Shown one piece after another: positions 30,386-39,878 of a stretch of 64,000 nt of DNA. How positions within the stretch are numbered: the first letter of the stretch is position 1; every line of letters begins with the position of its first letter. A program made the position numbers and the translations under genes. The notes under the pieces are model-generated. The model was given only the letters and a program-made list of their open reading frames with translations, made no database searches and was not told where the DNA came from. This DNA is from Giardia intestinalis (Eukaryota): NCBI GenBank assembly GCA_000002435.2, contig CM018792.1; one strand, 5' to 3'.

Positions 30386-31309
30386 ATGGAGAGCATAAAC
30401 GACGTGATCATGCGGCACACGCCCCTTGTATCTGCTACAAAGCATCAGGCCACTCAGTTCCTTATAAGGAGGGCTGGCCTGGCCGGTTCATGTAACGCCA
30501 AGGAGGAGTGCTTCGAACTAACAACGGAGAAAGACTGCTTTCGTTCGGACACGTTCATGGTTACTTGTCCCGTTTTTCTTGCATGCTACCAGTCCTATTA
30601 TTCTCAGGAGGAGTTTGATAAATTGAGGTTCTGGACTCCTGGAATTGCATTTACTGAAACCAACGATCCAGCGCCGGTAACGGACTGTGTTGATGAGTCT
30701 GCCTTTGACGAGGACGGCCCGAGCGTTATGGCGCTTCATGATGATGAGTCTCCACACGTCAGTCTCGTCTCGGGACTTCACTTCTTTGTTACCAAGCCTA
30801 GCCCGAAGCTAGTAACGGCCCGCGTGAACACTTCAATCGTTGCCATGTGTCGTAGCAATCCGTATCCGGTTAACGCGATTCCTATAGTCCGAAACAACTG
30901 GATCTATAAGCAGAATGTCATCCTCTTATGCGCTCAGAATCTATCCTACACCAGCTTTGCAGCATCCTCGGTAGACCAGCTTCTTACCAATTTGGCCGAG
31001 AAGTCTGGAAACGCTAACTTGAAACGTTGTATAGAAGAGGAACTTCAGTCAGAGCTGCCGTGTCCAGGAAAGATAGGTAGGGGCGTCTCCAGACTGCCAG
31101 AGTCTCTAGTTACAACTGGTAGCGAAGGCCCACTAGTTTTCAGCGTAGCCTGCGATACAGGTCAGACTGACGATCAGCGAAGCTACATCGATCTGCAGCC
31201 TGTACAGGTCTTCCACGTCGAGCAGCCCAAGAGTGGGCAGGAGAAGGTAATTCCATTTACACCCTTTACTGCACGTGACAATGTGGTCAGTTTCCTAGAC
31301 GTCCTCTAG
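30386..31309 (+). CDS. Hypothetical protein (307 aa)
   Basis: ATG at 30386 preceded by caaaaaattctctct initiator, only 26 bp from the divergent CPSF30 start. No domain recognised. Confidence 0.45.
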   Translation: MESINDVIMRHTPLVSATKHQATQFLIRRAGLAGSCNAKEECFELTTEKDCFRSDTFMVTCPVFLACYQSYYSQEEFDKLRFWTPGIAFTETNDPAPVTDCVDESAFDEDGPSVMALHDDESPHVSLVSGLHFFVTKPSPKLVTARVNTSIVAMCRSNPYPVNAIPIVRNNWIYKQNVILLCAQNLSYTSFAASSVDQLLTNLAEKSGNANLKRCIEEELQSELPCPGKIGRGVSRLPESLVTTGSEGPLVFSVACDTGQTDDQRSYIDLQPVQVFHVEQPKSGQEKVIPFTPFTARDNVVSFLDVL

Positions 31310-34300
31310 GAAGGTACGTGATTGCTGTTGGACGAAGTGTGGCTTAGCAAGCAAGAGTAAGTATAACCACATCTATTGCCAAATGTTAAAGAAATCACGG
31401 GCCAGAAGAAAGGGTCAGTACTGTAATGCAAGAGCACGCTACTGTTCACCTCAGCTAAGCATGGGGCAATAATCTTCTACCTATGGACACACTTTCATAT
31501 CTCACAGAAAGTGCACAAGTAGGCAGATTGGGAGAGGCAGCGTGTAAATGTATCATGTTTCACCAGTACCCATTCGTCACACAAGACAGTAAACTGCCAA
31601 TCAACAGCAAGACAGCGAGACCCCACAGCATCTCTCCAACCAACAATAAGAGTGGCCAGCGCTAGCCGCGGGGGCGTCCGAACGAGCTCAGCCCTCGTAC
31701 CAGTTCCTCCCGGTCGCTTCATTCACGGCGCCACCAAGAAGACGCGTGCCCTGACTCGCGAACCAAGGCGCTGACCATGGAGCAGCGACATGCGGTAAGT
31801 AGAGTACAAAAAATCCACAACACCGGCAAGCGATGCACTCGGGCAAAGGTGCCCCCTGCCTCGGGAGATCATGCATCTAGACACCGATGCTGCTCTTTCG
31901 TTGCTGCGGCTCCAGGCTTCCAGATAGTCCGGCCCTTTCCAGTATCACACATCCTCTTCTATCTGACATGAAACCGGGGCTACGGTGCTCTGAGCTCTGA
32001 ACGTCGCCCTATGGGTGTGGCGGAATTTTACAGCCCTCACTGTCGAGCGGCCTTACCCATAGGCATCCCCACAGCTCAGGGCCAGCAGGCGTAGGTGGCG
32101 CCCTTGCAGTGAGCCCCAGAGAACAGCCAGCGCGGAGTTTGATACGATCCTTATCATACCTCGCCAGACCTGGTCGAGAGCGCCCCCATTTTCCATAGAA
32201 TGGCCCCCAACACAGTCCCAAGGCTGGGCGTAATGGGCAGCCTTTGGATTGCAGGGCGACACAGTGGATACTAGTGCACCCCGGCGAGACCTTGTGACCT
32301 GCTTCAGAGGTTGCAAGAAATGCCCGTCTCTGGCCTACGTTTGTGCTAACGCTACGGTCTCAGAACGAAGCGAGGGAAGAACGCCTTGCCAGGCCCCGTG
32401 GTAGCCCGTCTGTTTGGGAGACTGCAGATTACTGACTTGTGCGAGGCAACCGGAGGAGCCTGCTGGGCCAGACTACGAGGACTATGAGAGCCGCGGACAT
32501 AACAGCCACACGGCCCCTACCTTCTTTCGGCTTCTCGGATTCCAGTTGACGCATCTGGCTGTGCACGACTCTATTTCCCTTTGTCAGGTGCATGGCGCGA
32601 AGGTAGAGCAGCCCAGTCACAGCGTTCAACGCGTCTACTGCTGGATGGGCCCGAATAGTAGAAGAATGCCCATGGGTGTAATGACAGCGGCGATTCACGG
32701 GTAGTCCACGATTGTACGTTCCACAGCCACCGACCGGAGTAGCCTTCGACTGGGCGTGTCTATACTAAGCCGTGGGCTGCTCTTCGAGGCTCTAGATGCG
32801 TTTGATCCCTGCTCATGCATCCTGGCCTTATGCCTGCGGGTCTTTGGCTCGCAGCTATCTGGGCTTCATTTATCATGGACCGTTCGCTATGTATCCTTGT
32901 TCCTGGAAAGCCCTCTAATGGCTGACAGAACAGGACCACAGGCTCCTGTGTCGCCGCAGTACGTGTCCGTTTCCTTCACCAGGTGATCGTACTCTCGCAA
33001 ATGACTCTGCCACCGGCTCTGTCGTCTTGGAAGAGTCTATACTGCAGGACTTCCCGTGAACTGTTTCTATGCAGATTAGAAATCTTACGTGCTTACCAAC
33101 GTAGGGATCCAATAACATGGCGCCATGCTCACAGTCCCAGGGTCACCAGACAATGGAGCACGGGGCTGAGAAACTCAGATTGCAGCAGTCCAGCTCTTGA
33201 GAATCCCTGCATATATTAGGACAGAGTGACTGGGCTAGCACACAGTGACATATTGAACCAGCCAGAGAGGCAAACAATCTCCTCTCATGTAAGACCCCTG
33301 TATATCTAGGGCGCCCAGACCATCTGAACTCGTAGGCATGCATCCAGTTCAATATCGGTAATCTAAGCACTGATAGACCGGTTGTGAGGCAGAGCCAGTG
33401 CCGACCCCAAGAGCTCAACTGCTCTGAGGCAGCACATTGTAGGCTATAACATTCTACACACTTCTGCTGATCGACCTCGCGCTCCAGCTGGCGGCAGAGG
33501 AGTGCACAGAAGTAGCTGATGGCCGCCACAGCCACTGCACGGGCCTCCAGGGCAGGGGGTCTCTCTGCCACTGCAATCTGCAGCAGCGTGGGGGCCGCCC
33601 CGTGTGCTGCCCCCTCTGCCGTAGCGGGGCTTCAGGCATGCCATCGGGACTGTCCGACGGTCGCCGGTTGAGCCCTGTGTGCACGGCAGGATGAGAAGAC
33701 TGCCCCACAACGACATGCCCTCGCTGGAGGACACCTGCAGGGCAGGGGAAGCTGTGGCCCACTGGGGGAGTGAACGATCTCAGTGGATCCAGGCGCACTG
33801 CACTGCGGGCCCGTCGGGCCGGTCTCTGACGGGCGCCGCGATCACTCTGCTCGGTCTGGCAGATCACGAGGGGTCTGAGGCCGGTCTGTTGGGAGGAGGA
33901 CCGGGACCCTCGCTGATGGTCGAGCAGAGTCACCACAGGGGGGCACGAGCTCGAGTGAATGAGGGCCCTCTTAGCAGCGCGCATGTCAACCGAGCGAGGA
34001 GAACGACATGGCAGACACCAAAGGAGCCATGACCTCCTGAGCCCTCTGAGGTTTGTACTAGGCTCGCTGGGCTTATCAATCTCAGGCTCTGGTTCGCTCG
34101 AGTGAGCACTGCAAGGGTGGGAAGGGAACCTAAATGGAGATAAGCCTCCACAAGTGGCGGACAGAGTATCTGTGATCGACACTTGCCACTGATGCTGTCT
34201 GGCAACTTAGCTTTGCAGAGGCCCATTGAGTAAGCACTCCAGGCAGTAATAACGCAATCAGCTAGCCATAGCTCTAGACTGCTCCTGAAGACCTGCAGCA

Positions 34301-35049
34301 AGGAAAGGCGAAGTCCCCAGAGCTTACCGATGCAGTGCCAGAGCTTATGCTCTTCTTCGATGATCTGCTGAGGCTATCTCAAAGGCTCCAAGACTATGGA
34401 GAGGGAAGCTTGATGGTAGGAATTCATAATCAGTGCTGCTCAGGACCCAGTAAGCCCTCCTCTCCAGTCATGGCGAGCTGCCGGGCCCTGGGAACGTCAG
34501 ATGGCCTTGCCGATGTGCATGGACAGTGGGTAAGAGGATCCCCAACGTCTACAGTTCACAGGAGCTGTTTTACTACAGGCTGTCAGGCTTCTTCCATGAC
34601 ATCACAGGGTTTCTGAAGCAGAGGCCCGGCAGAAAGAAGGTGGTGATAAGATAGCTAGGTCTCCAGCAGTGCAACAGAGAAGACCCTTGCTCTATCAGCG
34701 ATGACTCGCTTCCGTTTCCTGACACAATCGAGCATTGACTGAAGTTACTCACGGGATCCTTGGGGTGTGCTCGTAGGCAGAGGTCCTAGCAGCACAACGC
34801 TGAAGGTGACTGGTAGGTGGAATGAAGAAGTCCGAAGCTCTAGTGCCCACCCTGCACTGGTGCCCAGCCGGCTACAACCCCACAATTGAAGTCATCTCTC
34901 ATTGGGCACTTACCACACAAGGCAAGAAGGGCAGAGGGAATCCAGGGTGTACAATCTGTGTTTGGTGCGCTATCTGGATGATCTGTAAACAATACCGTGA
35001 ATCGCAAGCTTACCAGTACACGCGTTTCCTTTGTGATTATGAAATAAAA

Positions 35050-35787
35050 ATGTCGTCTGCAGATGATTCGGATCACTGCTCTCAGGAGCACGACTGCGCC
35101 CCGCCCCTCATGCCCGAGAAGGACACGAGCGAAGAGGGCGCAGGCAAGAGCAGCCCCGCCGAGTCTCCACAAACAGATGATGAAGGCAGTGTGGACGAGG
35201 ACGGCGTCACCACGCTTATGAAGGCAGCCAGCAGAAACGACGTGAAAGCGGTGAAGCGCTACATCCCTTATCAGGCAAGGATGGTGGCGAAGCTTGTCAA
35301 GGCGGGGACAATAGAGATACGCGAAGGGACGGCCCTGATGGTCGCCGCAGTGCTTGGACACGTCGAGACAGTGAAGCTGCTGATGAGGCACGAGCGTTGC
35401 ATGAGGGATAGTAATGAATGGACGGCCCTCATGTGGGCGGCGGGCAACGGTTGTACCGAGGTCGTGAAACTACTCCTGGATGTTGAGGGAGGCATGGAGA
35501 AGGACAGGGGCCTTACTGCCCTCGTGTTTGCAGCAAATTTTGGTCACCTGGAGTGTGTCAAGTTACTGCTGGAGAAGGAGAAGGACATAAGCGGCAGATC
35601 TGCCATTCGTATGGCTGGTATGCACGGCTGTTCCAAGGTGGTATCTTTTCTTGAGAGTGAGGGTATTATGGATCCCTATCTGCAGATGCCGCCCAAGAAA
35701 TTCGTGAGTGAACCTGCCTACTTGTTGATTGCATTCGATAATGTACTAGGGCCTCTCCAGCTGTGCAGGGGGACGGCCAGCCAATAG
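35050..35787 (+). CDS. Small ankyrin-repeat protein. The likely start is the internal ATG at 35050. The ORF-track start at 34822 adds 76 non-protein-like residues.
   Basis: ttatgaaataaaaATG initiator at 35050. Five or six ankyrin repeats (TALMVAAVLGHVETVKLLM, TALMWAAGNGCTEVVKLLL, TALVFAANFGHLECVKLLL). Confidence 0.65.
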   Translation: MSSADDSDHCSQEHDCAPPLMPEKDTSEEGAGKSSPAESPQTDDEGSVDEDGVTTLMKAASRNDVKAVKRYIPYQARMVAKLVKAGTIEIREGTALMVAAVLGHVETVKLLMRHERCMRDSNEWTALMWAAGNGCTEVVKLLLDVEGGMEKDRGLTALVFAANFGHLECVKLLLEKEKDISGRSAIRMAGMHGCSKVVSFLESEGIMDPYLQMPPKKFVSEPAYLLIAFDNVLGPLQLCRGTASQ

Positions 35788-36028
35788 GGCGAAGTGCTGG
35801 CCGTCAGTGGGTCACACAGCTGCCCGTTTCCGCAGAGGTCAAGGGGAACAGGCCTTCTCACCCCCGGCCGGCACTGGAACGCCGGTGGGTGAAACGGTCG
35901 CGCAGGTGGCCTTCTTGCCCCTGATGCAGTAGCCCTCCGCAAGCATTGGACCACTACAGATCTGTAGACACAAACCCCTGTGGAAACGGATCGTTTCCAA
36001 AACTGTAGATTACCAAAATAAAACCAGG

Positions 36029-38044
36029 ATGGACACTGCCTCGTCTGAGCCTGCAACAGTGGCCTCTAGTGTCCCGCAGTTTACCCTCAATGACCTCTAT
36101 GAACGGTTAGGTGATATACTAAGCAAAGATATCACGGGTATAGTCTACTCTCTCAAGGACTATCCGAGTCTCGTTGTAAAGGTCGCCCCACTAGGTTGCC
36201 TGGAAAAGGATAACACAGACGCTGTCCGACTCGAGCTGGCTGCCCTCCCCGAGCTCTCCCACCCAGGGGTTCTCAGGTATCATCAAGTGATCGAGCACAT
36301 GAATTTCGTCTACTTTATCACAGACCGTTACAACAAGACTCTCGGACGTCTTCTCATTGAGCATATGCAAATGAAGAGTCCTGTGCCCACCAGAGTGATC
36401 CTCTCAGCTATAAGACAGATCGCTACCGCCCTTGCCTACCTTCACAGTGTCAAAAGGGCAGATGCTGAGGGGCTTGTTCACCGCGATCTTAGGTCTACCA
36501 ATATCTCCATCAGTGCAGACGGTGAGCACTTCATCATCGCCGGCCTCGAACTCTGCAGGAACATCTTGTGGAGTGGAAGCACTCTTATAGGAATAGGGGC
36601 ACACACGGCCCCCGAGGTGCTCCTCCACAACGAGCCCAGCCCCGCCTCCGACGTGTGGAGCCTCGGGGTCATCATTTATGAACTAGTAACTCTAAGGATG
36701 CTGGACTTCCTGGAGGACAGGGAGCCAGAGGATGTCTTCGTTGATGGGTGGAGGCCAGACCTGAGCGGTGTCACTGATGGCTTCATGCAGAATGTTCTGG
36801 AGAGGATATTCGTGCTGGATCCTGGGAGGAGGCCGACGGCCAGGGAGCTGCATGAGATGCTCGACACAGCAGATATTTCGGATAACGAGCCGGAACCTTG
36901 GCAAGTGGCGCTGGAAAGTAAGCATGGTTCCTCGAAGATCACTGCGAGTAATACTCATGCCAAGATCGCGCTTTTGGAGGAGGAGGTCAAAACTAAGTTG
37001 AACGAGATTGCTACTCTTAAGGCAACCCTTGAGAACAGGCCAAGTGAAGTCGACGCCCTGGGACAGGAGCCCAGAATTAAGTTAACTAGGATCGACATGC
37101 TTGAAGATCAATGTAGAGAGTACCTAGCCATGATAAAAGTACTAGACAGTAGAATTACACAGATTAGCATTGCGCTAGGTCTATCCAATTCTCAATTCAG
37201 CCTCTTCTTGCTACCCAGATTTATACGCGCCGCACGCACGAATGAAACAGAGACCGTCCGAATGCTGGTCAATGAGGGAGTCTACATCGGTCAGCGTGAC
37301 GAGAAAAAGATGACGGCTCTTATGCATGCGGCCCAGCAGGGGCACACTGGTCCCATTGAATTGCTTGTTAAAGAAGAGAGGGGCCTCCAGGACAAGAACG
37401 GCTGGACTGCGCTCATGCACGCCGCACACTGCAACCACCCTGAAGCAGTCGAGATTCTCGCCCCTTACGAACGTGGGAGAAGAAACAAGAACAGTCGAAC
37501 TGCTCTAATGGTCGCTGCAGAGAATGGCAGTGCAGAAGCTGCTTCCATTTTGGGCCCGTACGAGGATAACCTAATCGACAGTGAAGGCAACACGGCTCTG
37601 ATGATTGCTGAGAAAGCAGGACACAAACTTGTTGCAGAGATTCTCAGTCCGGATGAAGTGGATGGGTGTACAGCGCTTATGCAAGCAGCGAAATGTGGTC
37701 GCATAGATGCGGTAAAACTCCTAATAAAAAACAAAAGCCGTGCACAAAACATACTTGGAACAACTGCTCTCATGGAAGCAGCGTCCTGGGGCCATTCAGA
37801 AATTGTGAAACTGCTAATTGATCATGAAGGAGGCATGCAGGACATCTTTGGAGCGACTGCTCTCATAACTGCAATACGTAATAATCAACTGGAATGTGCT
37901 AAACTTTTAGTAGAGAGGGAAAGGGATATAAAAGATAAGTATGATAAGACTGCCCTTGATATAGCTAAGGCTATGGTCTATCCTGAGATGGTGTCTCTCC
38001 TTAGCAGTAGTGTATCTAGCACCGGCGGCCACAATGACTCTTAG
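36029..38044 (+). CDS. NEK-family kinase-like protein with coiled coil and C-terminal ankyrin repeats, predicted catalytically inactive (pseudokinase)
   Basis: Kinase-like fold with HRDLRSTNI, APE (GAHTAPEV) and DVWSLGVIIYEL. No GxGxxG loop. DFG is replaced by AGL (IIAGLELC). A coiled coil at ~300-380 is followed by about 8 ankyrin repeats (TALMHAAQQGH..., TALMHAAHCNH..., TALMVAAENGS...). AGTAAAC signal at 38062-38068, 18 nt past the TAG. Confidence 0.8.
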   Translation: MDTASSEPATVASSVPQFTLNDLYERLGDILSKDITGIVYSLKDYPSLVVKVAPLGCLEKDNTDAVRLELAALPELSHPGVLRYHQVIEHMNFVYFITDRYNKTLGRLLIEHMQMKSPVPTRVILSAIRQIATALAYLHSVKRADAEGLVHRDLRSTNISISADGEHFIIAGLELCRNILWSGSTLIGIGAHTAPEVLLHNEPSPASDVWSLGVIIYELVTLRMLDFLEDREPEDVFVDGWRPDLSGVTDGFMQNVLERIFVLDPGRRPTARELHEMLDTADISDNEPEPWQVALESKHGSSKITASNTHAKIALLEEEVKTKLNEIATLKATLENRPSEVDALGQEPRIKLTRIDMLEDQCREYLAMIKVLDSRITQISIALGLSNSQFSLFLLPRFIRAARTNETETVRMLVNEGVYIGQRDEKKMTALMHAAQQGHTGPIELLVKEERGLQDKNGWTALMHAAHCNHPEAVEILAPYERGRRNKNSRTALMVAAENGSAEAASILGPYEDNLIDSEGNTALMIAEKAGHKLVAEILSPDEVDGCTALMQAAKCGRIDAVKLLIKNKSRAQNILGTTALMEAASWGHSEIVKLLIDHEGGMQDIFGATALITAIRNNQLECAKLLVERERDIKDKYDKTALDIAKAMVYPEMVSLLSSSVSSTGGHNDS

Positions 38045-38221
38045 GCTCTCTGCGACCCACAAGTAAACTGCCGCTCTCTTAGAGGGGCAAGGCCTGGAGG
38101 AGCAGCGTTGCAGGCTGGTGCCTCGGGTTTCTAGCCTGCGCCCGGCACCATAGAGCAGGTGCTCCGAGCTGCCCGCCCACGGTATTTCTGAGGAGCCGCG
38201 ATCGCAATTGGGAGGCAAAGA

Positions 38222-38974
38222 ATGGCATTTATTGAGGCGGCCAAGGAGAACAGGCTGGACTACGTCAGGGCCCACAAGGCCGCGGACGCAGGCCAGAGGG
38301 ACGCAGACGGGAAGACGGCGCTCATGTGGGCCGCCGAGGCCGGGCACACCGCCGTCGCCCTGGAGCTGGTCGACGCAGAGGCGGGCCTGGTCTCGAACGA
38401 CGGGTCCTTTGCGCTGATTGCGGCGGCAAAGAGGGGGAACCTCGAGCTGATCCAGGCCCTTTTCGAGAAGGAGGGGAGGCTGCGGGACGCCGGCAAGCTC
38501 TCCGCCCTCAACCACGCCTCCAGGGCGAAGCAGTTCGAGGCGGCCAAGGTCCTCCGGCTGAAGACCATCGAGACGATGGACGCGGCGATGCTGGAGCAGC
38601 TCCGGCAGAGGGTCGCGGCCACCTACACCGAGATGGCCAAGAAGTCGCAGCAGGCCGAGGTCAAGAGCCACAACATGGCCATCTTCCGCTCGTTCTTCGA
38701 GGCGTTCTACTCCCTCTCCTGCTCGGGGATCGACCAGGGGGCGGAGATCTCGGAGGAGCAGCTGAACAAGTCCCTCGAGAAGTGCCTGGGCGAGATCCGC
38801 AAGCTCCTCAACTCGAAGAAGTACACGAAGTGCGTGAAGTGCCGCGCCAACGCCCCCAACCTGGTCTGCATGCCGTGCAAGCACTACGTCCTCTGCAAGG
38901 ACTGCGGGAAGGACGTGGCCAGCGAGGTCTGTCCTGGTCTGCGAGAACCCCCTTGGCACACTAGTAGGCACTGA
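38222..38974 (+). CDS. Ankyrin-repeat protein with C-terminal C3HC4 RING-type finger. In the sequence as given, the finger lacks its final Cys pair.
   Basis: N-terminal ankyrin repeats ([37 protein letters not shown]). The C-terminus [47 protein letters not shown] supplies C1-C7 of a zf-C3HC4_3 pattern but not C8. Very GC-rich codon usage. Confidence 0.7.
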   Translation: MAFIEAAKENRLDYVRAHKAADAGQRDADGKTALMWAAEAGHTAVALELVDAEAGLVSNDGSFALIAAAKRGNLELIQALFEKEGRLRDAGKLSALNHASRAKQFEAAKVLRLKTIETMDAAMLEQLRQRVAATYTEMAKKSQQAEVKSHNMAIFRSFFEAFYSLSCSGIDQGAEISEEQLNKSLEKCLGEIRKLLNSKKYTKCVKCRANAPNLVCMPCKHYVLCKDCGKDVASEVCPGLREPPWHTSRH

Positions 38975-39050
38975 TAGTACCGCTAAGGCATATGTAGGAG
39001 TATATGGCTGCTCCCGGTGTACAGCACCAACAGCTCTAACAACAGCTGGC

Positions 39051-39341
39051 ATGACTGCTGCTGTGTGTACCTCCTGTGACAGTGGTAAGAAGCCCAACAA
39101 GGATGGCAGTGGGTGTGTAGTATGCTCTGACACCAACTGCAAGAGCTGTGTGGTGGACGGTGTGTGTGGGGAGTGCAACAGTGGCTTCAGTCTAGACAAT
39201 GGCAAGTGTGTGTCTATGAGCACGAACAAGAGCGGGCTCTCCACGGGGGCCATCGCTGGCATCTCCGTCGCGGCGGTTGTCGTCGTGGGGGGCCTCGTGG
39301 GCTTCCTCTGCTGGTGGTTCGTGTGTAGAGGGAAGGCGTAG
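39051..39341 (+). pseudogene. Orphan 3' fragment of a variant-specific surface protein (VSP) gene: CxxC-rich stub, conserved membrane-proximal segment, TM and invariant CRGKA cytoplasmic tail. No signal peptide or N-terminal region.
   Basis: ...[91 protein letters not shown]. Only 96 codons from the ATG, whereas VSPs are typically several hundred aa. Confidence 0.75.
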
Positions 39342-39561
39342 GTACTTAGGTAGCAAACGCTGTGAGTGGTGTAGGGACTTCATAGGGTGCTGGCAGTGGG
39401 ATGCGCACTAGAGTTGAGGGTGGAATCGTGCGAACCAGCTATTTAATCTAGCATCGTTATCACCATTGTTAGAAAACAGGGCACTCGGTGCTATCTTAGA
39501 TAAAAGCCAGACATAGGCAGTTCTAGGGGCGATCGAAGTAGTGAGAGCTTTAAAATTTAAA

Positions 39562-39855
39562 ATGACGAGACCAACTCTGGAATTGCACATTAAGCTCGGT
39601 ATGACCATCTTTGACACCACGTTCAACAGATGTAAAGTGGCCCATGCAAAGGACGTCATAGTGCAAGCCCATTTAGACGATAAAATTAAGACTCTCCGAG
39701 AGCGCGCGCTTTCTAGTCTGTCTGTCTCCGTCACTCACGGTGATCTTCATTTTCAAGGATGTCCCCTTGATCCTCAGCAAACTGTAGCAGAGGCAAGATT
39801 GTCTAACGGGGATAGGCTCTACCTTTTTTACTCGGTTCCACGAGGATTGGAATGA
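39562..39855 (+). CDS. Small ubiquitin-fold (beta-grasp) protein, 97 aa. The C-terminus ...SVPRG-LE is reminiscent of Ufm1 (...RDRVG-SC).
   Basis: ATG at 39562 preceded by taaaatttaaaATG. The ORF-track start at 39541 is GTG. MTRPTLELHIKLGMTIF...LSVSVTHGDLHFQGCPLDPQQTVAEARLSNGDRLYLFYSVPRGLE parallels the Ufm1 C-terminal half [32 protein letters not shown] and ubiquitin ([20 protein letters not shown]). Confidence 0.4.
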   Translation: MTRPTLELHIKLGMTIFDTTFNRCKVAHAKDVIVQAHLDDKIKTLRERALSSLSVSVTHGDLHFQGCPLDPQQTVAEARLSNGDRLYLFYSVPRGLE

Positions 39856-39878
39856 AGTTAATTCTTTGCCACATCTTT

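Noticed and set aside
32008-32063. 9-bp inverted repeat cctatgggt...acccatagg with a 38-nt loop
   Set aside because: A 9-bp stem with a long loop is expected many times by chance in 64 kb. No flanking conserved structure.
33143-34301. Three successive overlapping minus-strand ORFs (33143-33571, 33454-34182, 33930-34301) that could be read as a frameshifted pseudogene
   Set aside because: Equally long plus-strand ORFs overlap them. All translations are R/S/P/G-rich with no motif. Stop-poor GC-rich DNA produces this pattern by chance.
38326-38964. 212-aa plus-strand alternative-frame ORF inside the ankyrin-RING gene, with further overlapping ORFs at 38208-38417 and 38260-38622
   Set aside because: GC-rich alternate-frame artefacts. 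The translation is RGRRAGRR-type low complexity. The ankyrin-repeat frame is the real one.
37907-39262. 451-aa minus-strand ORF spanning the NEK 3' end, the intergenic region, the ankyrin-RING gene and the VSP stub
   Set aside because: Antisense ORF in extremely GC-rich DNA with few stop codons. The translation is R/G/L/P/V-rich with no motifs. It crosses an intergenic region and a poly(A) signal. The sense-strand genes have clear domains.
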